From an uncultured Acidimicrobiaceae bacterium (lineage in GTDB: Bacteria; Actinomycetota; Acidimicrobiia; Acidimicrobiales; RAAP-2): a DNA stretch of 64,000 nt. Location of the stretch: positions 2,617,772-2,681,771 of the forward strand of contig CAVWKG010000016.1 of the NCBI GenBank assembly GCA_963755375.1, written 5' to 3'. This document shows, one piece after another, positions 43,621-53,769 of the stretch. A model generated the notes under the pieces. That model made no database searches. It was not told the DNA's origin and saw only the letters and a list, made by a program, of their open reading frames with translations. Both the position numbers and the translations under genes were made by a program. Numbering within the stretch: position 1 is the first letter of the stretch; each line of letters starts with the position of its first letter.

Positions 43621-45231
43621 TCAGCCCGAGAAGTGCGGGAGCGTAACCCAGGACGGCCGGCCCGGCTCGTGGAACACGGCCTGCTCGGCGGTCCGCAGGG
43701 TAGTGGCCGTGGCCGGCGGCTCTCCGGTGCCGAGATTGCGGGCGTAGACGGGGTGCGCGCCACTGGAGACCTGAACCCGCAGGCGGTGACCGGTGGCGAA
43801 GGTGTGACCGACCGGCCACAGGGCTACCGCCGCTTTGAACGTCCCGTCCGGGTTCCGGCGGATGGACGCAGGGTCGAAGCGCTGCAGTCCGTCGCACACG
43901 TTGACGGACCGGCCGTCAGGTGACACGTCGCAGACCCGCACGAAGAAGTCCGTGTGGTCCAGGCTCGAGCCCACGTGCAGTTCGGCCTCCACCGGACCGA
44001 CAAGCTCGAGAGGCTCGCCGAGCTCGTCGGAGGTGTAGACGAGGACGTCTGAGCGGGCCTCGAGAGGCCGATTGTCTACGGTGCCCCCAGTAAGCATGCC
44101 AATGCCGCCCAACGACGGCGTCGGGTCGGCGGGGTCGTAGCGATACCGGTCGGGCTGCGACGGCGCATCCGGCGGCATGGCCGCGAGGTGACCCCCGGCA
44201 TGGAGGTACCAGCGGGTCGGCTCTGAGGGAGGGGGCCAGTCCGGCAAGTCGCGCCAATGGCTGCCTTCGCCCTGCACATGGACCTTTACCGGGGTTGGAC
44301 CGAGCAGTCCTTTCCGGGCGAGCAACCATGTGTCGAACCACGCCAGTGGGGCGTCGGTCATGCCGCCCTCCCCGCCCCCGCCCAGGTGTCCGCCGGCGCC
44401 GATGCGGAGATACACCGGGGCAGGCGAGGCGCGCAGAACGGCATAGTCCTCCACCACGCCGGGCAGCGGGTAATCGTGCCAGCCGTCGACGAGCAGGGTC
44501 GGCACCGTCCATTCCGCCAGCAGGGGCCGGAAGTTCACCAGATCCCAAAAGACATCTTCGGCGCCGCCATGAGCGAGCTGGTCCCGGTAGAGCTGGAGGT
44601 CGACGCCAGTGAGCCGGTGGATCACCTCACCGAGAGGTAGGTGGTCGAAGCCCGCCTTGAACTCGGCCATGCGCCGCTCGATACCCTCGGGGGAAATGTC
44701 GGTCGTGGGGACGGCGTTGGCCTGCTTGTTGAACTGGGTCGCGCCCACGTCCCAGGGGATGATTACTTCGAGGGCCAGCGACCCCCCCGGGTACCACGAG
44801 TAGGCCCGCGTCGAGGTCGACAGCGCGACGGCCATGGCCTTGAGGTACGGCGGCTTGGTGGAGGCCAGCGCCCACTGGGTGAAGCCCATGTAGCTACCGC
44901 CGAACGTGCCCATGCGGCCGTTGAACCATGGCTGGGAAGCGATCCAGTCTGCTGTGTCCCGCCCGTCACCCGCTTCGGCGAAGTAGCTGTGCGTGCCACC
45001 CGACCCGTCTGTGCCTCGGCACGCCTGCAGAACGTACCGGTAGCCGCGGGCGGCGAACTCCGGGGCCATGGCCGAGGCAAAGTTGGCTCTGCCGTACGGC
45101 GTGCGCTCCAAGATGGCGGGAGCGTCGTCGATGCCCACGGGGTGATAGACGTCGGCCAGCAGCACCGTCCCATCCGACACCGAGACCTTGACGTCCCGCT
45201 CGACCTCGACTTCATTGGTGCGCTCCCGCAT
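43621..45231 (-). CDS. CocE/NonD-family hydrolase (X-Pro dipeptidyl-peptidase S15 fold)
   Basis: VSDGTVLLADVYHP...ILERTPYGR...RGYRYVLQACRGTDGSGG...GGSYMGFTQW (nucleophile elbow), plus a C-terminal beta-sandwich region. Confidence 0.85.
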   Translation of the reverse strand: MRERTNEVEVERDVKVSVSDGTVLLADVYHPVGIDDAPAILERTPYGRANFASAMAPEFAARGYRYVLQACRGTDGSGGTHSYFAEAGDGRDTADWIASQPWFNGRMGTFGGSYMGFTQWALASTKPPYLKAMAVALSTSTRAYSWYPGGSLALEVIIPWDVGATQFNKQANAVPTTDISPEGIERRMAEFKAGFDHLPLGEVIHRLTGVDLQLYRDQLAHGGAEDVFWDLVNFRPLLAEWTVPTLLVDGWHDYPLPGVVEDYAVLRASPAPVYLRIGAGGHLGGGGEGGMTDAPLAWFDTWLLARKGLLGPTPVKVHVQGEGSHWRDLPDWPPPSEPTRWYLHAGGHLAAMPPDAPSQPDRYRYDPADPTPSLGGIGMLTGGTVDNRPLEARSDVLVYTSDELGEPLELVGPVEAELHVGSSLDHTDFFVRVCDVSPDGRSVNVCDGLQRFDPASIRRNPDGTFKAAVALWPVGHTFATGHRLRVQVSSGAHPVYARNLGTGEPPATATTLRTAEQAVFHEPGRPSWVTLPHFSG

Positions 45232-45496
45232 GCCGACCCCCTTCGCAACCGGGCCTCGGGTATCGAGCGACCGACAGACCCTATGTCAAGTCTCGCTGAC
45301 CTGAAACCCCGACACCGTTCATCAATCGGGTCTGAGTCCGCAGCTCAGCCTGACGGGACGCGAATCAGTTCCTTACATCCTGCATCGCCCCAAGCCGGCA
45401 GGTATGGGGCTGGTCTGGGGCACTCGATGAACGACACGGCGGGATGGATCATCTGTGTGACGACGTCCGCGCATCTGCTCCAAACCGTGGGTCATT

Positions 45497-45808
45497 CTAG
45501 ACTTCTTTGCCCTCGTCTTCGACGTCCACGGCCATGGTGTCGTAGCCGGCACTCGTCAGTATTCGGCGCAGGTCGACAAGCTGTTGTCCGTCGACGTCCT
45601 TGTCACTCGGACGCCTGAGAACCTCGGTCTCTTGGCCGATGCGGAACAGAAACATGTCGTCGTGCTGTTCTTCGATGGATCCGACCGACTCGAGCAATGA
45701 CACGACATCGTGCCATTCGACGTTGTGGTTCGTCTTTTGCTGAAAGATCTGTAGCAGGGTGTCTCGATGATGGCCGCTGAGATGCTCGGGCCCTGAGATT
45801 GACGACAT
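45497..45808 (-). CDS. Hypothetical protein (103 aa)
   Basis: Clean ORF with protein-like composition (SGHHRDTLLQIFQQKTNHNVEWHDVVSLLESVG...). No function recognised. Confidence 0.5.
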   Translation of the reverse strand: MSSISGPEHLSGHHRDTLLQIFQQKTNHNVEWHDVVSLLESVGSIEEQHDDMFLFRIGQETEVLRRPSDKDVDGQQLVDLRRILTSAGYDTMAVDVEDEGKEV

Positions 45809-46848
45809 CGGGATCCTCTCGTCGTGGTGAAGACCTCAATGTAGCGAGAGTCCCCGATTGGCGCGAGACCCCGATGGTCTCAGCAGCTTCTCCCACGTGA
45901 AACCGGTCCCACATGACGGCGAGGACGGCGCGAGCGGTGATCAGAGTCGCCGAACCCGTAGGCATTTAGAGCTGAGGTCCAAACGCCTATGTTCGATCCG
46001 ACATACCCGAGCCGGCGAAGGGGGCACGAGTTGCTCACCTTCCGCAATGTGCCCACCCATCTGGGAAGCGACCGCCGCTTCGACTATGGAGCGCTTTCGC
46101 TATTTGGCATGCTCTTGCCGCCACCTGCTTGGCGAGCAGCGTCCACTTCCTTATCGAGATGGCGGAGCTGGCCCGAACTAACCTCCTTCACGAGTTGTTC
46201 CAGCACCTGTGCCTCGATCGGATTCCGGCAGAGCCTCGATGGTCTCGAGCACCTTCTCGCTACTCTCCTCAGCCGAGGCCTGGGGACCTAGTTCCCGACT
46301 TACCTTTGAAATCAGCTTGGTCACATCTTCCATGGATCCCTCCCTAGTTGAAAAGGTTACGGGCGCTGTGACACAACTCGAACGCACGGTCGAACCGTGC
46401 CCCGGCTACCTTCAAGCACCGCCGCCCTGATGCCTCACCGCCAGGCCGTCTGGGACAACTCCAGGGCTCATCCACCCGCGAATGTGATCCGCGCCGTGTA
46501 GTACACCCCGTGGGCGCGGGCTCCGACAGGGTCACCAGTCGTCCTTGCCTTCGAGCCATCGTTCTATATCGACCACCGCGTGAGAGACAGCCATTTTCGG
46601 TATTGCGAGTCTCCTTCATCGGGTCTGGAGTGTCACCGGGCAAGGCAAACGCTCTTGACGACGGAAGTATGGCCCAGCCGCCTTGCGACGATAAAGCGCC
46701 ACCGTGGCATGCATCACTTCGCCGGAGTTGGAGGCGCTTGTGAATTGGCCGAATCGAGTGGTATCCGACAGTACCGATCGGTCGCGATCGCTCATCTGGC
46801 TTTGAAGGCCGCCGCTATGCGCCTCCTCGCTTGTGATATCTCGCCGCT

Positions 46849-47595
46849 CTATGAAAGAACCAGGAGATCCACGCCTTCGGGCGAGAGCTGTTGACCCTCG
46901 GCGATCGCTCGGTCGAGGTTGGCGAGCCCTTCGGCGAACTCTGCATCCGAAATCGGTGTCAGCGCCGAATCTGTGTGGCGCATTGTGAGCGCGCAATCCC
47001 GAAGCCGTTGGAGATCCCGCCAACGACCCTCGTGCACCCGCGTGAGGGCGCTGTTCGCAAACCCAGCTAAGGCGAAGGCCGCGACAACCGCTTCGACAGT
47101 GGGCCAAGCAGCCGCCACGGCGGCGGCGGCCGGGAAATGTCTGAATAACTCGACCTCGTCGTGCCGTAATGCAAAGGTGTTGCGAATCATGACCGGGGCA
47201 CCCTCGATCAACACGCGGCGTAGTTCCATCGCACAGACCTCGATGTCAGTTAGATGGTGCACGACGGTCGACAGCCAGGCGGCGCTACAGGTCGAATCAC
47301 CAAGGGGCAGTGCCTCGGCCTGGCCAGATATGTACTGCGCACTTTCCGGAAAGCCGGTAGCAGAACCCACCCACCGCATACCAGTTGAGGGCTCGACGGC
47401 AACGACCGGGACGTTAAACCACGTAGAGAACGCACCGGTCCAGATCCCAGTCCCGGCGCCGAGGTCGAGAAGCGGCTTCTTACTCTGAGGCAGAAGCCGC
47501 TCGATCAAGACGTGCCAGGGCTCAAGGCTCTCGATGGGAACGCGACGCCCAGCCTCGTAGTGCTCTGCCTCTTGGTCGTAGTCGACGCGTACCAC
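46849..47595 (-). CDS. Class I SAM-dependent methyltransferase
   Basis: Motif I LLDLGAGTGIWT, plus AAWLSTVVHHL and RRVLIEGAPVMI. GTG start at 47595. Confidence 0.8.
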   Translation of the reverse strand: MVRVDYDQEAEHYEAGRRVPIESLEPWHVLIERLLPQSKKPLLDLGAGTGIWTGAFSTWFNVPVVAVEPSTGMRWVGSATGFPESAQYISGQAEALPLGDSTCSAAWLSTVVHHLTDIEVCAMELRRVLIEGAPVMIRNTFALRHDEVELFRHFPAAAAVAAAWPTVEAVVAAFALAGFANSALTRVHEGRWRDLQRLRDCALTMRHTDSALTPISDAEFAEGLANLDRAIAEGQQLSPEGVDLLVLS

Positions 47596-47913
47596 CGGCC
47601 AAGCATGTCACCAAGGGCGACCTCGGCACTGCGCGCTCCGACGCGATCTCCAAACTGAGTTCTAACGCAGAACGGAATAGAGGTATGAGGTGGCGATAAC
47701 GGAGTAAAGATCTAAGCGACGGCTTGGTCGGTTGGAGGACTCCGTACGAGACCGCTACGAAAGGCGCCCAGCCAGACGGGGGTCAGGGAGGGGCCATTCC
47801 GGATCTTGTCCCTGTGCCGATCTGTTCTCGGAGCGGGCCCAGTCCAAAAAAACCGAACTGCCCCACCGTCCCGATGCATTAGGGGACACAAATGCCGACC
47901 CCGCAAGGCCAAC

Positions 47914-49032
47914 TCAGCCCAAGCGTGCCGAGAGTATGCACATGTCGTCGTCAAGCAGTCCGTCAGCCAGCCTCCACGCCATCAGCGCGTCGCAGATCTT
48001 CTGGGGATCGAGTTCATGCATCGAATCGGCCTTCTCTCTAAGCGCTGCCATACCCTCATTGAGGCCTTGGCTACGTGATTCGATGAGTCCATCGCTGTAG
48101 AACACAATCGTCGTTCCGGGCCGGAGTAGCTTCTCGGTTGACTGGTACGTGTAATCGGCATCTGCACCAAGGAGCAGACCTGGAGATGAGGCCAGATAGT
48201 CGGTCTCACCCTTCCGGCAGCGGAGGAGCGGGGGATGCCCAGCGCTACAGCGATTCAGTATTCCGGTTAAGGGGTCCCACACAGCCACGATCATCGAAGC
48301 CAGCTCGTTTGGCTGAAGTCGACACAACATTCGATTGACTCGACTCACGATCTCTTTGGAAATGGGGGCCTCGTGCGCATAGGCGCGGGCGGCATTCCTG
48401 AGCTGACCCATGACTGCGGCGGAGTGGATGCCGTGTCCAGCTACGTCCCCGACGATCATGACGACCGAGTTGTCGACGAGGAAACAGTCGAACCAGTCCC
48501 CACCGAGTTGGGCCCCACTGGCCGGGACGTACGCGGCGGCCACCTTGAGTCCGGGAAACTCTGGCAGCTCGTCCGGAATGAACGCCCGCTGGATGGCCAC
48601 GGCCTCCGCTCGCTCATCGGCCCATTGGCGGTCACGTTCACGTTGACTCGTCACGTCTCGGAAAGCGACGATGACGGAATCGTCGAACCGCGTCGCTTGC
48701 AGGTGGAACCATCCAGAGGAGTGGACGCCGTTGACCTGAGCGCTGTAGTTGAAGTCGTCGTCCTCGTAGGGTTTGCCGGATTCAACGACTTCCCGAAAAG
48801 ACTCCAACAGACCCATCTCCCCTGCCTCGGGGTAGGCGTCTGTGAAGTGTCGACCGACGAGTGTCGTCATTGGTCGCCCACCTACATCGATGGCCCGCTG
48901 ATTGGCGTAGTCGATGACAAAGTTGTCTATGAAGCCATCATCGTCCCGAACAGAACGCAGCACAAAAACGCTGTCGAGTGACCCGTCGAACACCTCGTAT
49001 TGGTGAACTCTTTCGACTTCAAGCGACTCCAT
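47914..49032 (-). CDS. PAS - PP2C/SpoIIE serine phosphatase (RsbU/RsbP-like)
   Basis: A PAS-like N-terminal half, then QRAFIPDELPEFPGLKVAAAYVPAS..LGGDWFD...VGDVAGHG...FYSDGLIE...DDMCIL. ATG at 49032. Confidence 0.85.
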   Translation of the reverse strand: MESLEVERVHQYEVFDGSLDSVFVLRSVRDDDGFIDNFVIDYANQRAIDVGGRPMTTLVGRHFTDAYPEAGEMGLLESFREVVESGKPYEDDDFNYSAQVNGVHSSGWFHLQATRFDDSVIVAFRDVTSQRERDRQWADERAEAVAIQRAFIPDELPEFPGLKVAAAYVPASGAQLGGDWFDCFLVDNSVVMIVGDVAGHGIHSAAVMGQLRNAARAYAHEAPISKEIVSRVNRMLCRLQPNELASMIVAVWDPLTGILNRCSAGHPPLLRCRKGETDYLASSPGLLLGADADYTYQSTEKLLRPGTTIVFYSDGLIESRSQGLNEGMAALREKADSMHELDPQKICDALMAWRLADGLLDDDMCILSARLG

Positions 49033-49278
49033 GGCAGCCCCTCCCCTTTGGGGAACATCGAGCCACCGAAGGAGGCGAAAGTTGGGGCTGCCTACCCCGG
49101 ACGCTGGTCGATCCAGCAACAAGATGAACGGAGCCAGAGGTTATCAGTTGTCCGACTCGGTCTCTGCGTGCAAATCACATTCCCCTAAAGGGTGCAGCGG
49201 TTCGGGTGGAGCTCAGCCGTCGCCCGGAATAACTACCACCTCACAAGTACGGCAGCGTGGCACTCCATCCCGATGGCG

Positions 49279-49779
49279 TCAGGGGGCAGGCTGGCTCTCT
49301 ACGATCGGGGCCGACGCTCTCGAAGAGGGAGGTCCTGCCGGGATCTGGCCGGGTCTGCCCAACTGGACAGGACTCTGAATCGCAAACACGTCGCCGCCCT
49401 TGTAACAGCGCGCTGCGCTTGGCCACGAGGCGGTGCCCACGGTTCCACCACCCACCGTGATGTACTGGCCCTGATGTGCCACGACCTTGCCCGTGGGGTC
49501 AAGCAACACTGTCGGACGGAATTGGACCCGGTATCCAGCCGGCCACAGATAGCTGATCGATCCATCCGACGTGCACGTTCCCGAACGAGTGAGTGTGGCA
49601 TGGAACGGTGCGGAAGATATGGCCTCCATCGCACCTTGCCCCGGCTTCCAGCCATCGCTCGGCAGCGGATAACTGCGGGTCCGTTTGTTGGGCATTGCCG
49701 CGAAGGCACCCGATAGAGGAAGTGCGACGCTCGCAAGAACACCAATCATCAGACATGCAGTCCATCTTCTGAACGACAC
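49279..49779 (-). CDS. Hypothetical secreted protein
   Basis: GTG 49779 is preceded by GGGAGGAG. The signal-peptide-like N-terminus is VSFRRWTACLMIGVLASVALPLSGAFA. No recognised domain. Confidence 0.5.
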   Translation of the reverse strand: MSFRRWTACLMIGVLASVALPLSGAFAAMPNKRTRSYPLPSDGWKPGQGAMEAISSAPFHATLTRSGTCTSDGSISYLWPAGYRVQFRPTVLLDPTGKVVAHQGQYITVGGGTVGTASWPSAARCYKGGDVFAIQSPVQLGRPGQIPAGPPSSRASAPIVESQPAP

Positions 49780-49957
49780 TGAGGCTCCTCCCGATTCAGC
49801 CCTAAGCGTTTTGCCCAGCCACGTTATTGACGCATCCCGCTCGAGTTTGGTTCGGGTGCTCCAGTACGCCGAAGTGTTGTCCCGATGTCCCAACGTGGAT
49901 TCAGGCGAACCAGGGCACTTTGGCTCGAATCAAAGTGAAGATTCCTCGCCGTGTCGA

Positions 49958-50533
49958 TCACTCGGTTCCCTCCGAGAAGACCCACAGCGGATATTCCTGT
50001 CGAAGCACGTCCAGATGCATGCTCCACTGACGATCGGGCAGCACCTCGATGCTGTGGAGAATCACGCTGCTGCCCGAGGCTTCAAAACCCCACGAGAACC
50101 CCATAAGAGGTACGACTCGCCGTGCCTTCATCTGCGCAACCTCGTCGAGGGGGGTGGTTGCCAGGAAGCTATGCGCCACCCACTCGATGGGTTCTCGGAC
50201 CGAGCGGGACGGAGCGTCAAAGAGGATCGGGCGCTGCCCGTACCAGCAGTAAGGCGAGGGGGCGTCGCCGAACAGTCCGAACGGGTCCGGCTCGAACCGC
50301 AACCCCCCGGATTCATTGTCCGTCGAACGAACGAGCTGTAGCCATCCGAGCATTGAGCGGTACCCGAGCGCTGGGTACTCGACGGTTGCAGTACAGACGG
50401 GAAAGCCTGTCGCAACCGATGACCAGCATCCGTAGTAGTCAGGATCCGTGTTCGGCACACACTGGACATGGACCCTCCCAGTTTCACCTCGCCATGAAAA
50501 CCCAGCATCGAACACCTTGGCACCGTCGCTCAT
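49958..50533 (-). CDS. Hypothetical protein (191 aa)
   Basis: Clean ORF with Trp/Cys-containing globular-looking composition. No recognised motif. Confidence 0.5.
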   Translation of the reverse strand: MSDGAKVFDAGFSWRGETGRVHVQCVPNTDPDYYGCWSSVATGFPVCTATVEYPALGYRSMLGWLQLVRSTDNESGGLRFEPDPFGLFGDAPSPYCWYGQRPILFDAPSRSVREPIEWVAHSFLATTPLDEVAQMKARRVVPLMGFSWGFEASGSSVILHSIEVLPDRQWSMHLDVLRQEYPLWVFSEGTE

Positions 50534-50793
50534 GACAACAGTCTCCTAGCTCCTAGCGCTCGGTTCGGACGCACGACCCAGGTTCCAACGCTCGGTCACC
50601 CTTGGAAGATGCTGACGGGTACGGTCTTGTCCGGAACGCTCGGACCCAGCCCTGATCGTGCCGAACCGCCCCCACAGACCTGGCGTTCGGGGCAGTCTGG
50701 GCATAGTGGTTCAGGCGGCCGAGAGGTACGTCAAGGGATGACGACGGACCAGGCCCCTATATGCGGTGAGCCAGGTCCGGAGCGTATCTACCT

Positions 50794-50976
50794 TCAGCGA
50801 CGTCGCGGAAGCAGGGCGCCAATGATCCAGAAGATGGGCAAAAAGAATCCGATGAGGAACATCACCCAATGTCCCTTCCGAATAGACAGGAGGCCGAGGG
50901 TTATCAGGAGGACGACATAGATGACTGCCCACAGTCCGATGAAGCCACCACTGGTCACGTCGGCTAGTACCCGCAT
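50794..50976 (-). CDS. Small membrane protein (60 aa, two hydrophobic helices)
   Basis: ATG 50976 is preceded by GAGAGGAG. The protein is MRVLADVTSGGFIGLWAVIYVVLLITLGLLSIRKGHWVMFLIGFFLPIFWIIGALLPRRR. Confidence 0.45.
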   Translation of the reverse strand: MRVLADVTSGGFIGLWAVIYVVLLITLGLLSIRKGHWVMFLIGFFLPIFWIIGALLPRRR

Positions 50977-51170
50977 TTTGGGCTCCTCTCCCTGCCTGGG
51001 CATCGCCAGCCGTAGAAGGCTAGTTCTCCGACCCCTGACGGCCCATGCGACGGCCAAACTTCCGCAGCCTCAAGAGCCTCAAGGGTGTCGGGTCACACCC
51101 AAACGACCCTCCCCACGGTCGTCCCTAGACGACCGGAACGGGGCACCTGCCCATTAGGCAGACGGAATGA

Positions 51171-51491
51171 CTACGCCGACTCCTCCTCCATCACCGCAAT
51201 GGCCAATTCCAGTGCCTCAGCGATGTTGATTGCGGCTGTCATGACCCGAGCCGTCCCGATAATCGGTGCGACAGCCACGAGGACGTTCTGCGCGTCCTCG
51301 ATCGTGATCCCCGCTTCGGCCGCCGGGCCGATGTTGAGGAGATACGAGGCAGGGCCGGCGTCGACCGCCGCCAGAGCCGCGAGTCGGACCAACATTAGGG
51401 CGTCAGGCGCCAACTCACACTCCGCCACCGACACAGCGGTCATGGCGGCAATCGTGTCGAGAACTGGGGTGTCTTGGGACTCACCAGGCAT
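51171..51491 (-). CDS. Carboxymuconolactone decarboxylase (AhpD-like) family protein
   Basis: ~106 aa from ATG 51491. The helical pattern LVRLAALAAVDA...ITIEDAQNVLVAVAPIIG resembles CMD-family proteins. By-eye assignment. Confidence 0.55.
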   Translation of the reverse strand: MPGESQDTPVLDTIAAMTAVSVAECELAPDALMLVRLAALAAVDAGPASYLLNIGPAAEAGITIEDAQNVLVAVAPIIGTARVMTAAINIAEALELAIAVMEEESA

Positions 51492-51927
51492 GGTGGAACT
51501 CCTTTGCGTCGGGGGCATTCGCGTCGGACGTGGCACACAAATGAGGACTGACCGTCGGCGGTCACGATACAACTTCCACATTTGGAGCGCCCTGCACGGC
51601 AGGTTATGTCCATTCTCTCGGCGCGTGCGCCCCCGGGGTCCAGAAATGCCGCCGAAAAATGGCCCGCTGACCCGGACCTATCTGAGAATTACGTATCGAC
51701 CCCGCGAGCGGATTCAGATCTTGATAGACCTCGTCCATTGTTGGAATTACTTGGAGAGAGAAATAAATCAACGAGCGCCGGAGGTGGAGGAGTGCACAAG
51801 ACCGATGCAAGAGAGATCGAACGCGAAAGGGAAATCGAGCTGGAACGGGAACGCGAGAGGGAAAGGGAGCGCCCAGGTGAGCGCGAACCTGAGCGACGCA
51901 GGAGGTAGCACGAAGTAAACACTCTCC

Positions 51928-52605
51928 ATGCTCGACGAATCCGAAGGCGACTCATCAGGATCCGATATCCAGGGCGAGAAACGCTGGCCCATGGCCATCA
52001 CCCTCGTGGTCGCCATTGCCTTGCCGTTTCTTCTACCTCCAAGGTTCAGCGTGGGTCCGAGGTGGATTATCCCCGTCTTTGAGGCGCTTCTGCTGGTAGC
52101 CCTCATGGTCACGGATCCCGGTCGTATCGACCGCCGGTCAACTGTCGTTCGGGGGCTCTCCATTGCCCTTGTCGTCATACTCGTCATAGGTGCCGCCGTC
52201 GCTACCATCCGATTGGTGGTCGATCTCATCAGGGGCGGTCCCGAAACCAACTCGCCCGGACAGCTTCTACGGATTGGCTCCGTCGTTTGGATCTACGTGA
52301 TCATCACGTTCTCGTTCCTCTATTGGGAACTCGACGGCGGGGGTCCGGAAGCTCGCGCACGCTGTGCGCCGGAATACTTGGACCTAGCGTTTCCCGAGCA
52401 CCTCAACCCCCATGTCTCCGGACCGGATTGGCGCCCTGAGTTCTTCGACTATCTCTACCTAGGTTTCACCGACGCAACGGCCTTTAGCCCTACCGACGTG
52501 ATGCCCCTTGCCCGCTGGGCAAAACTCGCCATGGCCAGTCAGGCAACGGCTTGCCTCGTCATCATCGGTTTGGTGATAGCGCGAGCGGTCAACATCTTGA
52601 AGTAG
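51928..52605 (+). CDS. DUF1345 domain-containing membrane protein
   Basis: Multiple TM segments and FFDYLYLGFTDATAFSPTDV, which is characteristic of DUF1345. Confidence 0.7.
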   Translation: MLDESEGDSSGSDIQGEKRWPMAITLVVAIALPFLLPPRFSVGPRWIIPVFEALLLVALMVTDPGRIDRRSTVVRGLSIALVVILVIGAAVATIRLVVDLIRGGPETNSPGQLLRIGSVVWIYVIITFSFLYWELDGGGPEARARCAPEYLDLAFPEHLNPHVSGPDWRPEFFDYLYLGFTDATAFSPTDVMPLARWAKLAMASQATACLVIIGLVIARAVNILK

Positions 52606-52679
52606 CAGGCACAGAGAGTGCCACCTATGTGCGCGGCGTGGGGCATAACCCGAACAAGGTAGCGACACATCAAGGGCGG

Positions 52680-52940
52680 CTGCAGGCCGGCATCTAGAGG
52701 GACGAGGTCCTGGGCCGGTGCGAACGCTCCCGGAGGCCAGGCCCTCGGCCTCCGTAACGGGCCAGCCACGAGTTCGCCGTGTCTCGATGCACGCCGAACT
52801 TCTCGGCTACCTCGGTGACTCACATCCCTTCTCTGATCAGGGCCAGACGGCGTCATATACCGCTGTTCCACCTTGCTGAGCTCCCTGAGCATTCGCCCAC
52901 ATCCTGCGCCTGAACGCAGGTTGCTGGGAAGGTGTCAGGG
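52680..52940 (-). mobile_element. Degenerate ~260-bp fragment of the 5' end of the IS481-like element seen at 60.9-62.0 kb
   Basis: Nucleotide similarity by eye to 61740-62005. Examples: gtctcgatgcacgccgaacttctcggctacctcggtgac and ctgttccaccttgctgagctccctgagcattcg are shared. The translated start MLRELSKVEQRY is identical, then frameshifted. Confidence 0.7.
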
Positions 52941-53424
52941 GATACCCGGAACAACACATGGACTCAGCGCTGGACTCAGTGGGTGGGCAAGTGGGCCGCG
53001 CCTTCCGAACGCTCACGGAGGACACCGTCGTCTGGGAACGGGGCGACAAGTCGTGGCGTGTTTGACGAGACATGACGGCCCGGGTCAGGAGCATCGAGTA
53101 GCTACGCCGTCGAGTGCCGCGTCTCCCGTCGCTCGACTTCAGATGTCCCGCACCACAGTCCGACCAGCTCCGTATGATCCGCCCCTTCGCCCCGACAGGC
53201 GCCTCGCCTGTGCGACGAGGGTGTCCCAAGCCAGCCCACCGGCGGTCGGGGGCACTCATCGTGGCTACCCGGGCGCGCATCTGCGACGGGGATAAGCGGG
53301 GTCAAGGTGCCTCCTAAATACGGCAGCGGTGTCTGACCCTGCTCAAGGCCTGAGTGTTGTCCGTCCGTTGTGCTGGGTCAGTCCGGTCGGCTCTACTCCG
53401 CCGGGAGCCGCGCTGTCAGCATCG

Positions 53425-53475
53425 CGGATTGGGGCAGCTACGGCTGACAATCCGTGTGAGCTACAGCCGTAGCTG
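53425..53475. other. Nested inverted repeats with pseudoknot-like topology in a non-coding stretch
   Basis: The 7-bp arms cggattg (53425-53431) and caatccg (53448-53454) interleave with the 12-bp perfect arms cagctacggctg (53435-53446) and cagccgtagctg (53464-53475). Confidence 0.6.
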
Positions 53476-53769
53476 ACCCTCGCCATTCAAGGCGGGGTCG
53501 GGTCGCCGATGCCGGTGGGGGTCACCGTGCGGCCCGATCCTGCTCCGGCCGACCCCTCGCCGTCGTGGCTGGTTGTGGGAAAGTTGTGCAGGATCGGGCC
53601 ATTCGGGTCGCTGCAATCGTAGATCGCAGGAGCCAAGATTCCGGGCGCCACCTTGATCGGCAGGCCCTTGGTGAGGGGCGATCGCGCGGGGGGTGGCCGA
53701 TTCAGTCACCCGCTAGGGGCTGAATCGCGGCCCGATCCCGCTCCGGTCTACCCACGACCCGTGAGCCCG

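Noticed and set aside
46084-46333. Small acidic ORF (MEDVTKLISKVSRELGPQASAEESSEKVLETIEALPES...) that seems to continue in another frame (...IEAQVLEQLVKEVSSGQLRHLDKEVDAARQAGGG...), i.e. a possible frameshifted gene.
   Set aside because: Both pieces are short, no family was recognised, and the junction cannot be placed confidently. I note it only as consistent with general gene decay in the region.
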